Origin: a virus
Taxonomy: Duplodnaviria; Heunggongvirae; Uroviricota; Caudoviricetes
Reading direction: 5' to 3' (one strand)
Virus record (IMG/VR): IMGVR_UViG_3300037258_000931
Span: 1 to 64,000 of that record
Length of the DNA: 64,000 nucleotides
Part shown: piece after piece, positions 1-7,937 of the stretch
Layout: every line of letters starts with the position of its first letter
How positions within the stretch are numbered: the stretch's first letter is position 1
Position numbers and translations under genes: made by a program
Notes under the pieces: model-generated
Seen by the model: the letters and a program-made list of their open reading frames with translations, nothing else
Database searches by the model: none
What the model was told of the DNA's origin: nothing

Positions 1-108
1 CTTCGCTCAGGATGACAACCGATTTAGGTGCTCAGGATGACAGTTTTTTTCTGATCCCTGATCTCTGATCCCTGATCTCTGATCCCTGATCTCTGATAAC
101 TGATCCCT
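1..108. repeat. GGGATCAG-family element, right half (core end plus CTGATCCC arm), truncated by the window edge
   Basis: gctcaggatgaca x2, T-run, then (CTGATCCC/CTGATCTC) x6. Confidence 0.8.
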
Positions 109-195
109 GGAAACCGGGAGAAGACGATGCACAGGATGATTTTGGTCACGCCAGATTTGAAGGTGATTTTCAGGGTGGCGGTGGCCGCGAAGAAG

Positions 196-271
196 GCTGG
201 CGTAGCTCAGGTGGGAGAGCGGCTGAATCGTAATCAGCAGGTCGGGGCTTCGAGCGCCTCCGCCAGCTCCA
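196..271 (+). tRNA. tRNA-Thr (anticodon CGT)
   Basis: Cloverleaf read by eye: acceptor GCTGGCG/CGCCAGC, D-arm TAGCTCAGGTGGGAGAGC, anticodon stem GCTGA/TCAGC with loop ATCGTAA, T-loop TTCGAGC, encoded CCA. Confidence 0.7.
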
Positions 272-340
272 AATGTACGCAGCGCAACGAAGAGGATACG
301 AATCGCGCTGGCAGCGGCGAGGGATGCGCTGCGTAACCGG

Positions 341-414
341 GCCGGGATAGCTCAGTGAAAGAGCCCACCCTTGGTACGGGTGAGACCGGAGTTCAATTCT
401 CCGTCCCGGCCCCA
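341..414 (+). tRNA. tRNA-Thr (anticodon GGT)
   Basis: Acceptor GCCGGGA/TCCCGGC, D-arm GCTCAGTGAAAGAGC, anticodon stem CACCC/GGGTG loop TTGGTAC, T-arm CGGAG-TTCAATT-CTCCG, encoded CCA. Confidence 0.7.
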
Positions 415-420
415 AAGACA

Positions 421-558
421 GGTTTCAGGGATCTGGGGTCAGGGATCAGTTAGAAGCAAGAGCAAGAGCCAATGTAGGTGCTTCGGCTTCCTTTGGACGC
501 TCAGGATGACAGGTTTTTACTGATCCCTGATCCCTGATCTCCGATCTCTGATCTCTGG
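421..558. repeat. GGGATCAG-family element, full (left arm, core, right arm)
   Basis: GGGATCAG-type units, core ttagaagcaagagcaagagc...gctcaggatgacaggttttt, CTGATCCC-type units. Confidence 0.85.
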
Positions 559-571
559 TACCATTGCGGGC

Positions 572-1006
572 ATGATCGACTCGTTCACGCGGGCGCATGA
601 TTACCTCTCCAACTTTTACGGGTGTCCGGTGTTCTATAACGGCCTCTTGTTTCGCAGCGCTGAAGCCGCCTACCAGGCGCAGAAGACGGCGGACGAAAAG
701 CTGCGGGTGCGGTTTACCTACCTCCGGTCCGGCATCGCCAAGCGGGATGGGCGGCGGTTGATTCTGCGGGCCGACTGGGAAGACGTCAAGATTCAGATCA
801 TGTCGGAAGTGGTGCATGCCAAGTTTGCCCAGAACAAAGACATCTGTAATAAGCTGGTGGAGACCGGGGTGGAACACCTGGTGGAAAACAACACTTGGGG
901 AGACTGCTTTTGGGGCGTGTGCAGGGACGTGGGGCAGAACTGGCTGGGCCGGTTGCTGATGGCCGAGCGAGTGTACTGGCGGCTGCTGATTCATGCCGCG
1001 GCGTGA
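572..1006 (+). CDS. NADAR-domain protein (YbiA/DUF1768-like)
   Basis: 144 aa; motifs DYLSNFY, SAEAAYQAQK, ADWEDVK, KFAQN, LVETG..LVE, WG.G as in the NADAR/YbiA family. Confidence 0.7.
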   Translation: MIDSFTRAHDYLSNFYGCPVFYNGLLFRSAEAAYQAQKTADEKLRVRFTYLRSGIAKRDGRRLILRADWEDVKIQIMSEVVHAKFAQNKDICNKLVETGVEHLVENNTWGDCFWGVCRDVGQNWLGRLLMAERVYWRLLIHAAA

Positions 1007-1017
1007 GCGGAGACCGG

Positions 1018-1093
1018 GCCGGCGTAGCTCAACTGGCAGAGCTGCTGTTTTGTGAACAGCCCGTTGCAGGTTCGACTCCTGCCGCCGGCTCCA
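1018..1093 (+). tRNA. tRNA-Thr (anticodon TGT)
   Basis: Acceptor GCCGGCG/CGCCGGC, TAGCTCAACTGGCAGAGC D-arm, anticodon stem GCTGT/ACAGC loop TTTGTGA (G37 unusual), T-arm GCAGG-TTCGACT-CCTGC, CCA. Confidence 0.6.
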
Positions 1094-1122
1094 AAAGTTT
1101 GATGGTGCTCTTAGGTTTTTAT

Positions 1123-1198
1123 GGTGCCCGTAGCTCAATGGTAGAGCGCTCGGCTGTGGCCCGAGTCGTTGAGGGTTCAACTCCCTCCGGGCACCCCA
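1123..1198 (+). tRNA. tRNA-His (anticodon GTG) with encoded G-1
   Basis: Extra 5' G before acceptor GTGCCCG/CGGGCAC (His hallmark), anticodon stem CTCGG/CCGAG loop CTGTGGC, T-arm GAGGG-TTCAACT-CCCTC, CCA. Confidence 0.7.
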
Positions 1199-1261
1199 AT
1201 TGGAAGGAGGATCATGCCATGCCGATCAAGTAGCACGCCGCACGAAGGGGGCGGCATCGAC

Positions 1262-1513
1262 ATGAAGCATCCTACCAATCGCGCCGCGCGCCGGCATGAG
1301 CGCGACCGAATCATCGCCCGCAGGACGTTTGTGGATTCTCACATCTTTTTCCGCTCCGGGATTCAGCGCATGGCAATGAATCCGGTTTCAGGGAAGTACG
1401 CGAAGTGGAATCTCGGTTGCGGCTGCATCGGATGCCATTTTGAGAAGATCTTCGCAAAGCATAAACGGCGCGCGCGGCTGAAGCGCGCAGATTTTGAAGA
1501 AGTGGGCCTTTAG
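1262..1513 (+). CDS. small basic hypothetical protein
   Basis: ATG just after tRNA-His; 83 aa; CGCIGC motif; 3' end overlaps tRNA-Ala by about 10 nt. Confidence 0.25.
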   Translation: MKHPTNRAARRHERDRIIARRTFVDSHIFFRSGIQRMAMNPVSGKYAKWNLGCGCIGCHFEKIFAKHKRRARLKRADFEEVGL

Positions 1514-1579
1514 CTCAGATGGGAGAGCGCCGGTTTTGCACTCCGGAGGCGGCGAGTTCGATTCTCGCAGGGTCCACCA
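1504..1579 (+). tRNA. tRNA-Ala (anticodon TGC)
   Basis: Acceptor GGGCCTT/AGGGTCC with G3:U70 wobble (Ala identity element), anticodon stem CCGGT... loop TTTGCAC, T-arm GCGAG-TTCGATT-CTCGC, CCA. Confidence 0.7.
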
Positions 1580-1598
1580 AAGTTTAAGGCGGTAAACC

Positions 1599-1889
1599 AT
1601 GACGCAGCGATGCCGGCAGACCACCAAAGACGAGAGGGTAGACGCTTTTGTGGTGCGGTGGTGGGTGCCGTATGGAGATGCCACCGCTGCGATTTTCTGC
1701 AACGAGTGCGGAGAAACTTTCTATACCCATCCGGCCAACCTAGAACTGGTCCGAGAACGGGGAATGTTAATTCTCTGCACGGTCTGCTTGGAGCGCGTGG
1801 TGGAAGAACAGCACGGCGGCGAGATGCGCGTGGGCGGCCGGGTCCGCGCGGGCCAGATTTTACCGGCGGAGCCAGGGGCAAAGTGGTAA
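1599..1889 (+). CDS. hypothetical zinc-ribbon protein
   Basis: 96 aa between tRNA-Ala and tRNA-Phe; CNECG and CTVC Cys pairs. Confidence 0.35.
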   Translation: MTQRCRQTTKDERVDAFVVRWWVPYGDATAAIFCNECGETFYTHPANLELVRERGMLILCTVCLERVVEEQHGGEMRVGGRVRAGQILPAEPGAKW

Positions 1890-2114
1890 GGCGGGAAGTG
1901 GGGATGCCATGGCCTGGAGAGCATACTTTAGTGAAAAGCGTTGGCGCATCGCCAGGTGGACAGGCATGGCGGAGGTAGTGATCTGGTATCTGACGCATCC
2001 TGGTCCGGGACACGCGTTGCGGGCGCTGGTGTGCGGGGAAGGCTGGCTGTGCTTCATCGGGCTGCTGATGCTGATTGAATTTTTGTGGCGATCGCGCCAG
2101 AAGAGGAAAGACAG

Positions 2115-2190
2115 GGCCCTGTAGCTCAGAGGGTAGAGCGTCACGTTGAAGGCGTGAGCGTCGCGGTCTCGAAAGCCGCCAGGGCCACCA
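2115..2190 (+). tRNA. tRNA-Phe (anticodon GAA)
   Basis: Acceptor GGCCCTG/CAGGGCC, TAGCTCAGAGGGTAGAGC, anticodon stem TCACG/CGTGA loop TTGAAGG, T-arm GCGGT-CTCGAAA-GCCGC (C54 unusual), CCA. Confidence 0.6.
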
Positions 2191-2210
2191 AAGTGAACCG
2201 AGGAGGAAGT

Positions 2211-2717
2211 ATGGTTTGTCCGGATTGCGGAAAAGCGGAGCTGACCGACCGGGAACAGGAAGTCGAGTTCGTGTTAGGTCGCCGCAAGCCGGTCACCCTG
2301 AAAGCTAAGGCGCCGGTGGCTAGCTGCCCGGAGTGCGGCCTGAGGCTGACCGATTGGCGGATGGAGCGGGCCCAGTGCCTGGCGATATCGGCTTACCTGC
2401 ACCGCGAGGAAAAGCCGGACGAGGTCCCGGAGCCGTATCGATCGGCGCACGCGCTTAGTTTGCGCCACAGGAAACAGCTCGAACGCGCCGGCCGCGCGGG
2501 CTGTTTCTATTGCCTGGCGGTCTTCGATATTGCGGCGATCAAGGATTGGACTGACGATGAGCAGACGGCCCTGTGCCCGAAGTGCGGAATTGACGCGGTG
2601 CTTCCTGCCGGCCAGATGCCGGAAGGTGACATTGAATTCCTGCCGGATCTCCCTGGGGCTGCGTCGTTTCTAAGAGCGATGCGCCAGGAGTGGTTTGCGA
2701 TTGCGAAGACTTTATAA
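2211..2717 (+). CDS. hypothetical zinc-ribbon protein (CPDCG, CPECG, CPKCG motifs)
   Basis: SD GAGGAGG then ATG at 2211 directly after tRNA-Phe; 168 aa. Confidence 0.4.
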   Translation: MVCPDCGKAELTDREQEVEFVLGRRKPVTLKAKAPVASCPECGLRLTDWRMERAQCLAISAYLHREEKPDEVPEPYRSAHALSLRHRKQLERAGRAGCFYCLAVFDIAAIKDWTDDEQTALCPKCGIDAVLPAGQMPEGDIEFLPDLPGAASFLRAMRQEWFAIAKTL

Positions 2718-2718
2718 A

Positions 2719-2794
2719 CGGGGCGTAGCCTAGTGGCTCAGGCACTGGTTTCGGGAACCAGATGACGTGAGTTCGATTCTCACCGTCCCGACCA
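2719..2794 (+). tRNA. tRNA-Pro (anticodon CGG)
   Basis: Acceptor CGGGGCG/CGTCCCG, anticodon stem CTGGT/ACCAG loop TTCGGGA, T-arm GTGAG-TTCGATT-CTCAC, CCA. Confidence 0.7.
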
Positions 2795-2809
2795 AAATTC
2801 TGACAGGGT

Positions 2810-3349
2810 GTGGCCATGATTCGGGTGATCGTATGGATGGCGATGTACGACCTGCGCTGCGATCTGAACTTGTCGCGCCTTCTGCTCTGGTGCGAGGAGT
2901 TCCTATCGCTCAGCCAGGCGAACGTGGAGCGGGCGCTGTGTGTTCTTTACGCGATCGGAGTGGAGATTCCTACCCTGTCGGAGCGCCGCGCGGCCGGAAC
3001 CGTGGCTGCGGTCCTGTTCCTGCTGCCGATCTATCTGGTGTGGCGGATGCACCGCACTCCGGTGGCGCGCCGCGGCGGACTCCATAAACACCCGATTCGA
3101 CGGCTGGGCCGTGTCCTGGTGCAATTCTGTTTTTTAGGATTGACTGTTTTGATTGTGGCGGAGCCTCCGCACCGCTGGGAAGACGGGTTTTTTGCCGCGG
3201 CGCAGTTGGCGTACGTCGTCCATTTGTACGTTACCGATCTGAAGATCGATGGGGAGAGAGGCCGGCGCAGGAAACTGGCCTGGGACAAGTTGAAGGCGTT
3301 GTTTGGACCGCTGGAGTGGATTCCGCGGCCGGTCCAGGTAGAGCGCTAG
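2810..3349 (+). CDS. hypothetical membrane protein
   Basis: 179 aa, several hydrophobic segments; lies between tRNA-Pro(CGG) and tRNA-Pro(TGG). Confidence 0.35.
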   Translation: MAMIRVIVWMAMYDLRCDLNLSRLLLWCEEFLSLSQANVERALCVLYAIGVEIPTLSERRAAGTVAAVLFLLPIYLVWRMHRTPVARRGGLHKHPIRRLGRVLVQFCFLGLTVLIVAEPPHRWEDGFFAAAQLAYVVHLYVTDLKIDGERGRRRKLAWDKLKALFGPLEWIPRPVQVER

Positions 3350-3457
3350 AAGCGGCTGAAGAAGCCAATCCGGACGGCATGGCGCATAGGGCCGTTCGGG
3401 CTAGGGGACACGGGGCGAGTGCGACGCAATCCGACTCCACCAAAATTTGAGTGTTAT

Positions 3458-3535
3458 CCGGGTGTAGCGTAGTCTGCTTAACGCACTCGCTTTGGGAGCG
3501 AGGGATCGCAGGTTGAAATCCTGCCACCCGGACCA
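3458..3535 (+). tRNA. tRNA-Pro (anticodon TGG)
   Basis: Acceptor CCGGGTG/CACCCGG, anticodon stem CTCGC/GCGAG loop TTTGGGA, T-arm GCAGG-TTGAAAT-CCTGC, CCA. Confidence 0.7.
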
Positions 3536-3544
3536 GAAAAGCCG

Positions 3545-3706
3545 GAGATCAGTAGTCAGGGATCAGTTGTCAGGGGTCAGGGATCAGTTAGAAGCAAGAG
3601 CAAGAGCAAGAGCAACCGCGGGTCCTTCGGCTTCGGTCGCTTTGCTCCCTGCGCTCAGGATGACAGGTTTTTTCTGATCCCTGATCTCTGATCTCTGATC
3701 TCTGAT
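3545..3706. repeat. GGGATCAG-family element, full
   Basis: Left arm x5, canonical core, right arm x5. Confidence 0.85.
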
Positions 3707-3717
3707 ATTATGCGCGC

Positions 3718-4005
3718 ATGGGACTTTTCAACGACAGCGCGGAAGACGAGATCCGGCGGCTGCGCGCGATGATTGCCAGGCTGGAGCAGGAAAAAGGCGT
3801 TCGCCTGGTGACGGTGGAGATCCAGCGTAAGCCGGGATATGGGTACCTGTTTTACATCACCGCGCCGACTACGGCCAGCGAAGCGGAGTTCGGCATGGCG
3901 ATGGCGGAGACGATCGCCCGATCGTTCAAGGTGATTGGGGCGGATATGACGCCCGGGGACGTTTCGATGAATCAGGTGGCGCCGCCGAAAGGTGGGGTTC
4001 ATTGA
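3718..4005 (+). CDS. hypothetical protein
   Basis: 95 aa ORF starting right after a repeat element; coding-like composition. Confidence 0.35.
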   Translation: MGLFNDSAEDEIRRLRAMIARLEQEKGVRLVTVEIQRKPGYGYLFYITAPTTASEAEFGMAMAETIARSFKVIGADMTPGDVSMNQVAPPKGGVH

Positions 4006-4229
4006 CAGAAGACGAGGGGATGTCCATTGAGAGCGCCGAGCAGAAGCTGGTGGAAAAAGCCGTAGAGGCGGCCGACCGGATGATCTGTACTGAGGCGGCC
4101 AACGAAGACCGGCTGCTGTTGCTGACGCTGCGGGTAGGCGAAGCGTTTATGGCCAAGGTCCGGATGATGGTGGAGGCCAAGGTGCAGCGGGATATCTTTC
4201 TCCGTGAATTCAAGAAGACGGGGCTGTAG
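4002..4229 (+). CDS. hypothetical protein
   Basis: 75 aa; ATGA start/stop overlap with the preceding ORF (operon-like). Confidence 0.35.
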   Translation: MTEDEGMSIESAEQKLVEKAVEAADRMICTEAANEDRLLLLTLRVGEAFMAKVRMMVEAKVQRDIFLREFKKTGL

Positions 4230-4331
4230 CTCAGCCGGATAGAGCAGTTGGCAGAGCGGGGCCCACCGACAGGATTTTACCGGTGGGGCGGCAATCAGCA
4301 GGCCGGGGTTCGACTGCCTTCGGCCCCTCCA
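4220..4331 (+). tRNA. atypical tRNA-like gene (about 112 nt; tRNA ends with an about 35-nt internal insertion)
   Basis: Acceptor GGGGCTG/CGGCCCC plus T-CCA, canonical TAGCTCAGCCGGATAGAGC D-arm and GGTTCGACT T-loop-like segment, but the interior (4247-4300) contains an extra 7-bp hairpin CCCACCG...CGGTGGG; anticodon not assignable. Confidence 0.3.
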
Positions 4332-4349
4332 GATTTAGGGTGATCCGCC

Positions 4350-4544
4350 ATGGAAAAATCCGCGACAAAGAGACGACCAGGGCGGCCAGCGATGGCGAAG
4401 AAAAACCTGAAGTGGAGGTTCATCATTACCCGGGTTACCGCCGGGGAACGGCGTAGAATTCTTGAAGCCGCTCGGAGATCGCGCCGGAGCGTGTCGCAAT
4501 GGATACGCGAATCTCTGGAGAAGGCGATGGAGAGTGGTTTTTGA
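4350..4544 (+). CDS. ribbon-helix-helix (CopG/Arc-like) DNA-binding protein
   Basis: 64 aa; basic N-terminus then pattern T..E...I..AA...G.S.S..IRE typical of RHH domains. Confidence 0.45.
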   Translation: MEKSATKRRPGRPAMAKKNLKWRFIITRVTAGERRRILEAARRSRRSVSQWIRESLEKAMESGF

Positions 4545-4894
4545 CGCCTAGAATCTGTACGACCAGGACCTCTTTGCGGAATGGGTTCTATCCGTTGATG
4601 CAGGTATGCTGGACCGAGGACGCGGATGGGTTGGGCTGGACCGGCGACGCGGTATTTTGGACCGACGGGAATACCCGGGAGCCGCCCGATCACACCCTTT
4701 CTCTTCGCCAGGGAATGCCGTTGGGGTCAATCAGCCTGGCGGTGGATGAAATTTCGCACGGGGCCTGGGCCTATACTCATTTTGAGGGCGCGGGGCTGAC
4801 CGAGCGAGACCTGCAGTGGGCCGCGGCCTATGCTTCAGAGGCGTTGAAGCGGAAGCGGGAGCTCAGCCGAGCGGAAAGCGGCACTCTTGATTGA
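4499..4894 (+). CDS. hypothetical protein
   Basis: 131 aa ORF overlapping the end of the RHH gene; weak support. Confidence 0.25.
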   Translation: MDTRISGEGDGEWFLTPRICTTRTSLRNGFYPLMQVCWTEDADGLGWTGDAVFWTDGNTREPPDHTLSLRQGMPLGSISLAVDEISHGAWAYTHFEGAGLTERDLQWAAAYASEALKRKRELSRAESGTLD

Positions 4895-5255
4895 GTCGCT
4901 GCCCTGCGGGTCGTGCACGGCTCTGTGCTGCGGCCCGGTTTCTCTGTCTCGCGATCGGCTGGTAAAGATCGAGACCTATATTGCGCAGATGCCGGCGCCG
5001 GAGCGCAACCGGTTGAGGAGGCAGAAGCGCGGACCGCTGGATTGCGGTTTCCTGGACATGAGCAACCATCGCTGTGCCATCTATCCGGTGCGGCCATGGG
5101 TGTGCGAAGCCTTCGGACGTGTGGAGGGGATGCGGTGCCCGAAGGTTGCGAAGCTGGTGCAGATTATTCCCGCGTTTCTGGCCGACCAGGCGGTAAGGGA
5201 TGAGGGCGCGAGTGGGATCGTCGGCAACTCCGGCGAATATCTGTGGCGTAAATAA
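4887..5255 (+). CDS. YkgJ/UPF0153-like Cys-rich (CxxCxxCC) metal-chelating domain protein
   Basis: 122 aa; CGSCTALCC motif near the N-terminus plus additional Cys/His. Confidence 0.45.
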   Translation: MIESLPCGSCTALCCGPVSLSRDRLVKIETYIAQMPAPERNRLRRQKRGPLDCGFLDMSNHRCAIYPVRPWVCEAFGRVEGMRCPKVAKLVQIIPAFLADQAVRDEGASGIVGNSGEYLWRK

Positions 5256-5343
5256 TTCTGCGGGCGTGGACCGAAATGGGTGCAGGCTGCCTAAGTTGAG
5301 TTTGAGTTTCCGCGAGCTGGCCGAGTTGGAGGCAGTCTAACCG

Positions 5344-5371
5344 TTGACAAACCTTCCGCAACCGATATAAG
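5344..5371 (+). promoter_or_regulatory. sigma70-like promoter (TTGACA, 16 nt, TATAAG) in lower-GC spacer upstream of the tRNA-Trp/Met/Lys cluster
   Basis: Read directly: cgTTGACAaaccttccgcaaccgaTATAAGgtgg; followed by two GC-rich hairpins. Confidence 0.4.
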
Positions 5372-5568
5372 GTGGTTGCATTCGACGAGTGTGTTATGCA
5401 GATAAGATCCCTTAAACCCGTTCCCCCGATTGCCGGCGTCAGGATGAACCTGAAGCGGGTATGGGGAAGCGTGTCTTAGGGGTCTCGTCTGAGTTTTGGC
5501 TCGACCAGACCCCCGGCTCAGGCTGGGGGTTTCTGTTTCTAGATCTTTGACAATCGAAATTGCGTTAC

Positions 5569-5644
5569 AGGGGCGTAAGCTCAGCGGCTAAACTGTCGGT
5601 CTCCAAAACCGAACTCGGGGGTTCGAATCCCTCCGCCCCTGCCA
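5569..5644 (+). tRNA. tRNA-Trp (anticodon CCA)
   Basis: Acceptor AGGGGCG/CGCCCCT, anticodon stem TCGGT/ACCGA loop CTCCAAA, T-loop TTCGAAT, CCA. Confidence 0.65.
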
Positions 5645-5649
5645 TTTGT

Positions 5650-5725
5650 CGCGCCGTAGCTCAGTTGGCAGAGCAAGCGGCTCATAATCGCTAGGTCGGA
5701 CGTTCGATCCGTCCCGGCGCGACCA
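5650..5725 (+). tRNA. tRNA-Met (anticodon CAT; elongator vs initiator vs Ile2 not resolved)
   Basis: Acceptor CGCGCCG/CGGCGCG, TAGCTCAGTTGGCAGAGC, anticodon stem AGCGG/TCGCT loop CTCATAA, T-arm GGACG-TTCGATC-CGTCC, CCA. Confidence 0.7.
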
Positions 5726-5767
5726 GAATGCGCTGCGTAAGCGCAGCGGGTGCAGGTAGCAGAGTGT

Positions 5768-5843
5768 GCGGGCGTAGCTCAGTTGGCAGAGCAAGTGACT
5801 CTTAATCACGAGGTCGGGGGTTCGATGCCCTCCGCCCGCACCA
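5768..5843 (+). tRNA. tRNA-Lys (anticodon CTT)
   Basis: Acceptor GCGGGCG/CGCCCGC, anticodon stem AGTGA/TCACG loop CTCTTAA, T-arm GGGGG-TTCGATG-CCCTC, CCA. Confidence 0.7.
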
Positions 5844-5851
5844 GAAAAGCA

Positions 5852-6020
5852 GAGATCAGGTTTCAGGGATCAGTAGTCAGGGATCAGGGATCAGTTAGAA
5901 GCAACGGCAAAAGCAAAAGCAACCGCAGGTCCTTCGGCTCCCTCCGGTCGCTCAGGATGACAGTCGAGGCAAGGATGACAGGTTTTTTCTGATCCCTGAT
6001 CTCTGACCCCTGATCCCTGT
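5852..6020. repeat. GGGATCAG-family element, full
   Basis: Canonical arms; core with gcaaaagcaaaagcaa and duplicated aggatgaca box. Confidence 0.85.
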
Positions 6021-6032
6021 TATTATGCGGGC

Positions 6033-6416
6033 ATGAGCGAGGATGTACATCAGAGCGGGAGCGAACCGATTTCGGACCGGCTCTGTTTTGTCTTTCGCAA
6101 CCCCTTGGGGCGCTGGGTGATCGGCAATGTTCTCCGGCCGGGGCTGGCCTGGAGCGGATCGCGATGGGTGCCACACCACGACGGGCTGCCCGCGGGGGAC
6201 GCGCAGGTGTCGAACTGGGAGAGCAGAGAGGCCGCCTGGAAGGCGGCCGACGCGTTGCGGTTGGCGATTGCGCTGTTCGGCTGTCATGTGGACGACTTGA
6301 GCATCACCTGTTTTCAGTGCGGGCTGATCAGCTTCCATCCCGAGGATGTGCACAACCGGTATTGCGGGAACTGTCATGTATTTCACGGAGACGAGCCGAC
6401 TCAAGTGTACGGGTAG
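6033..6416 (+). CDS. hypothetical Cys/His-rich protein
   Basis: 127 aa; starts right after a repeat element; ITCFQCG...HNRYCGNCHVFH. Confidence 0.35.
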   Translation: MSEDVHQSGSEPISDRLCFVFRNPLGRWVIGNVLRPGLAWSGSRWVPHHDGLPAGDAQVSNWESREAAWKAADALRLAIALFGCHVDDLSITCFQCGLISFHPEDVHNRYCGNCHVFHGDEPTQVYG

Positions 6417-6454
6417 GGATATGGGTGAGTCTAGAAACTGGACTGGCAGACTTA

Positions 6455-6530
6455 GGGAGCGTCGCATAGCGGCAACTGCACTCGACTTTTAATCGAAAAG
6501 ACGTGGGTTCAAATCCCACCGCTCCCACCA
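6455..6530 (+). tRNA. tRNA-Lys (anticodon TTT)
   Basis: Acceptor GGGAGCG/CGCTCCC, anticodon loop CTTTTAA between TCGA stems, T-arm GTGGG-TTCAAAT-CCCAC, CCA. Confidence 0.65.
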
Positions 6531-6536
6531 GGAAGG

Positions 6537-6751
6537 CAGGGGTCAGGGATCAGGGATCAGTTAAGTGCAACGGCAAAAGCAAAGGCAACCGCGGGTCCTT
6601 CGGCTCCCTCCGGTCGCTCAGGATGACAGCTCTGGGGCAGGTCGCTCGGGATGACAGCTTTTTGCTGGTCCCTGACCCCTGACCCGTGATCCCTGATCCC
6701 CGACCCCTGATCTCTGATCGCTGATCCCTGATCTCTGATCGCTGATCCCTG
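6537..6751. repeat. GGGATCAG-family element, full, extended right arm
   Basis: Core variant with gctcaggatgacagctctggggcaggtcgctcgggatgacagc; right arm about 10 units. Confidence 0.85.
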
Positions 6752-6755
6752 TTTT

Positions 6756-6832
6756 GGCCCCGTAGCTCAGGCGGATAGAGCAGTCGTTTCCTAAACGATT
6801 TGTCGGGAGTTCGAATCTTCCCGGGGCCACCA
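6756..6832 (+). tRNA. tRNA-Arg (anticodon CCT)
   Basis: Acceptor GGCCCCG/CGGGGCC, TAGCTCAGGCGGATAGAGC, anticodon stem GTCGT/ACGAT loop TTCCTAA, T-loop TTCGAAT, CCA. Confidence 0.65.
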
Positions 6833-6871
6833 GTTCTGTCGCCCGCTCTAAGGGGGCAGGCACCGGTTTCG

Positions 6872-6947
6872 GCGCGCGTAGCTCAAGCGGATAGAGTGCT
6901 GGCCTCCGAAGCCAGGGATTGCAGTTCGAGTCTGCACGCGCGCACCA
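6872..6947 (+). tRNA. tRNA-Arg (anticodon CCG)
   Basis: Acceptor GCGCGCG/CGCGCGC, anticodon stem CTGGC/GCCAG loop CTCCGAA, T-arm TGCAG-TTCGAGT-CTGCA, CCA. Confidence 0.7.
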
Positions 6948-6970
6948 TAAATGCTCTAGGATGGAGAGCT

Positions 6971-7159
6971 ATGATTGAGATTGTGTATTTGCGAAAGAAC
7001 CGGAAGGGTGAGGTTGTCTCCATGCGCCAGGGCCACTGGGAAAGCTGGCAGCAGATGATGGGCGAAGTCCAGAGGGCCGTCGACGGCGAGATAAAAAAGA
7101 CCTCAAGCGCAGTTAGAAAAAGCACAGTTAAAAAGCGAAGCTCAAAAAAGCGGAGTTAA
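6971..7159 (+). CDS. small lysine-rich hypothetical protein
   Basis: 62 aa after tRNA-Arg(CCG); basic C-terminal tail KKRSSKKRS. Confidence 0.3.
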   Translation: MIEIVYLRKNRKGEVVSMRQGHWESWQQMMGEVQRAVDGEIKKTSSAVRKSTVKKRSSKKRS

Positions 7160-7225
7160 TTCAGCGGCTAGAATGCTTGTCCTACACACAAGACGTCGGG
7201 GGTTCGAGTCCCTCACTCCGCACCA
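7150..7225 (+). tRNA. tRNA-Val (anticodon TAC)
   Basis: Acceptor GCGGAGT/ACTCCGC, anticodon stem CTTGT/ACAAG loop CCTACAC (C at position 33), T-loop TTCGAGT, CCA. Confidence 0.6.
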
Positions 7226-7237
7226 ATTCTGTTGTCG

Positions 7238-7290
7238 AGTTTCAGGGGTCAGTTGTCAGGGGTCAGTGGAAGCGAGAGCAAGAGCGCTCA
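7238..7290. repeat. GGGATCAG-family partial (left arm plus core start)
   Basis: gtttcaggggtcagttgtcaggggtcag...agcgagagcaagagc; lies just upstream of the 7300 GTG start. Confidence 0.6.
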
Positions 7291-7299
7291 GAGGGAGAC

Positions 7300-7503
7300 G
7301 TGATCTTGAAAGACGTTTATCTAGGGGACGGCCTGTATGCTCACTTTGACGGCTACCAGATTGAGTTGTATGCGTTCAACGGGGTAGGCAAGACGGCCAG
7401 CGTGTTTCTGGAACCGGCAGTGCTGAAGAGTTTTCTGGCGTACGTCGAAGACTTGAAGCGCCGGATTGCGGCCGACCCGGCGGGAAGTTTTTTGCAGCAG
7501 TGA
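7300..7503 (+). CDS. small hypothetical protein
   Basis: GTG start preceded by GAGGGAG; 67 aa. Confidence 0.35.
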   Translation: MILKDVYLGDGLYAHFDGYQIELYAFNGVGKTASVFLEPAVLKSFLAYVEDLKRRIAADPAGSFLQQ

Positions 7504-7510
7504 TTCACGA

Positions 7511-7585
7511 GCCGGTATAGCTCAAGCGCAGAGCACTCGACCGATAATCGAGAGGTTGCAGCCTCAGAAGCTGCTACCGGCACCA
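7511..7585 (+). tRNA. tRNA-Ile (anticodon GAT)
   Basis: Acceptor GCCGGTA/TACCGGC, anticodon stem CTCGA/TCGAG loop CCGATAA (C33), T-arm GCAGC-CTCAGAA-GCTGC, CCA. Confidence 0.6.
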
Positions 7586-7601
7586 GGTTTATAATGCTTT
7601 C

Positions 7602-7937
7602 ATGCTCTGGGAAGTAAGCGTCGAAGGGTCGCTCGTAAGCTATGGAGAAGATGAGGATGGCCGGGCGATTCCGTGTTTGTCTGAAGACACGATTGCGTTC
7701 ATCGAAGAGGGTCGAGACCTGATCGAGATCATGATGCTGGTGCAGGCGAAACTGGATGTTTTGAACGGAAAGCTCAAGCAAAAATATCCAGACCTGTACA
7801 AGGACGACCTGGACTGGGAGTACAAGATCGTGGGGATCGGGAGAACCGATCTGGTTCGCTTCGATGACCGGTGGATAGAGGAATTTGTGGACAAGGAAGT
7901 GATGACCTGGAACAGCAATGAGGAAGAAAATTCCTAA
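7602..7937 (+). CDS. hypothetical acidic protein (lower-GC segment)
   Basis: 111 aa; region 7.6-8.45 kb is visibly more AT-rich than its surroundings. Confidence 0.4.
   Translation: MLWEVSVEGSLVSYGEDEDGRAIPCLSEDTIAFIEEGRDLIEIMMLVQAKLDVLNGKLKQKYPDLYKDDLDWEYKIVGIGRTDLVRFDDRWIEEFVDKEVMTWNSNEEENS

Noticed and set aside
446-1180. 244-aa ORF on the minus strand
   Set aside because: Antisense to the NADAR gene and spans the tRNA-Thr(TGT) gene; no RBS and junk composition.
895-1233. 112-aa ORF on the plus strand
   Set aside because: Spans the tRNA-Thr(TGT) and tRNA-His genes; the translation is of tRNA sequence.
3395-3457. tRNA-like string ending ...CCGACTCCACCA upstream of tRNA-Pro(TGG)
   Set aside because: It has no T-loop (TTCGA-type), D-arm or pairing acceptor; the resemblance is limited to a CCA-like end.
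5588-5992. ORFs 5588-5809 (-) and 5750-5992 (+)
   Set aside because: They cover the tRNA-Trp/Met/Lys genes and a repeat element.
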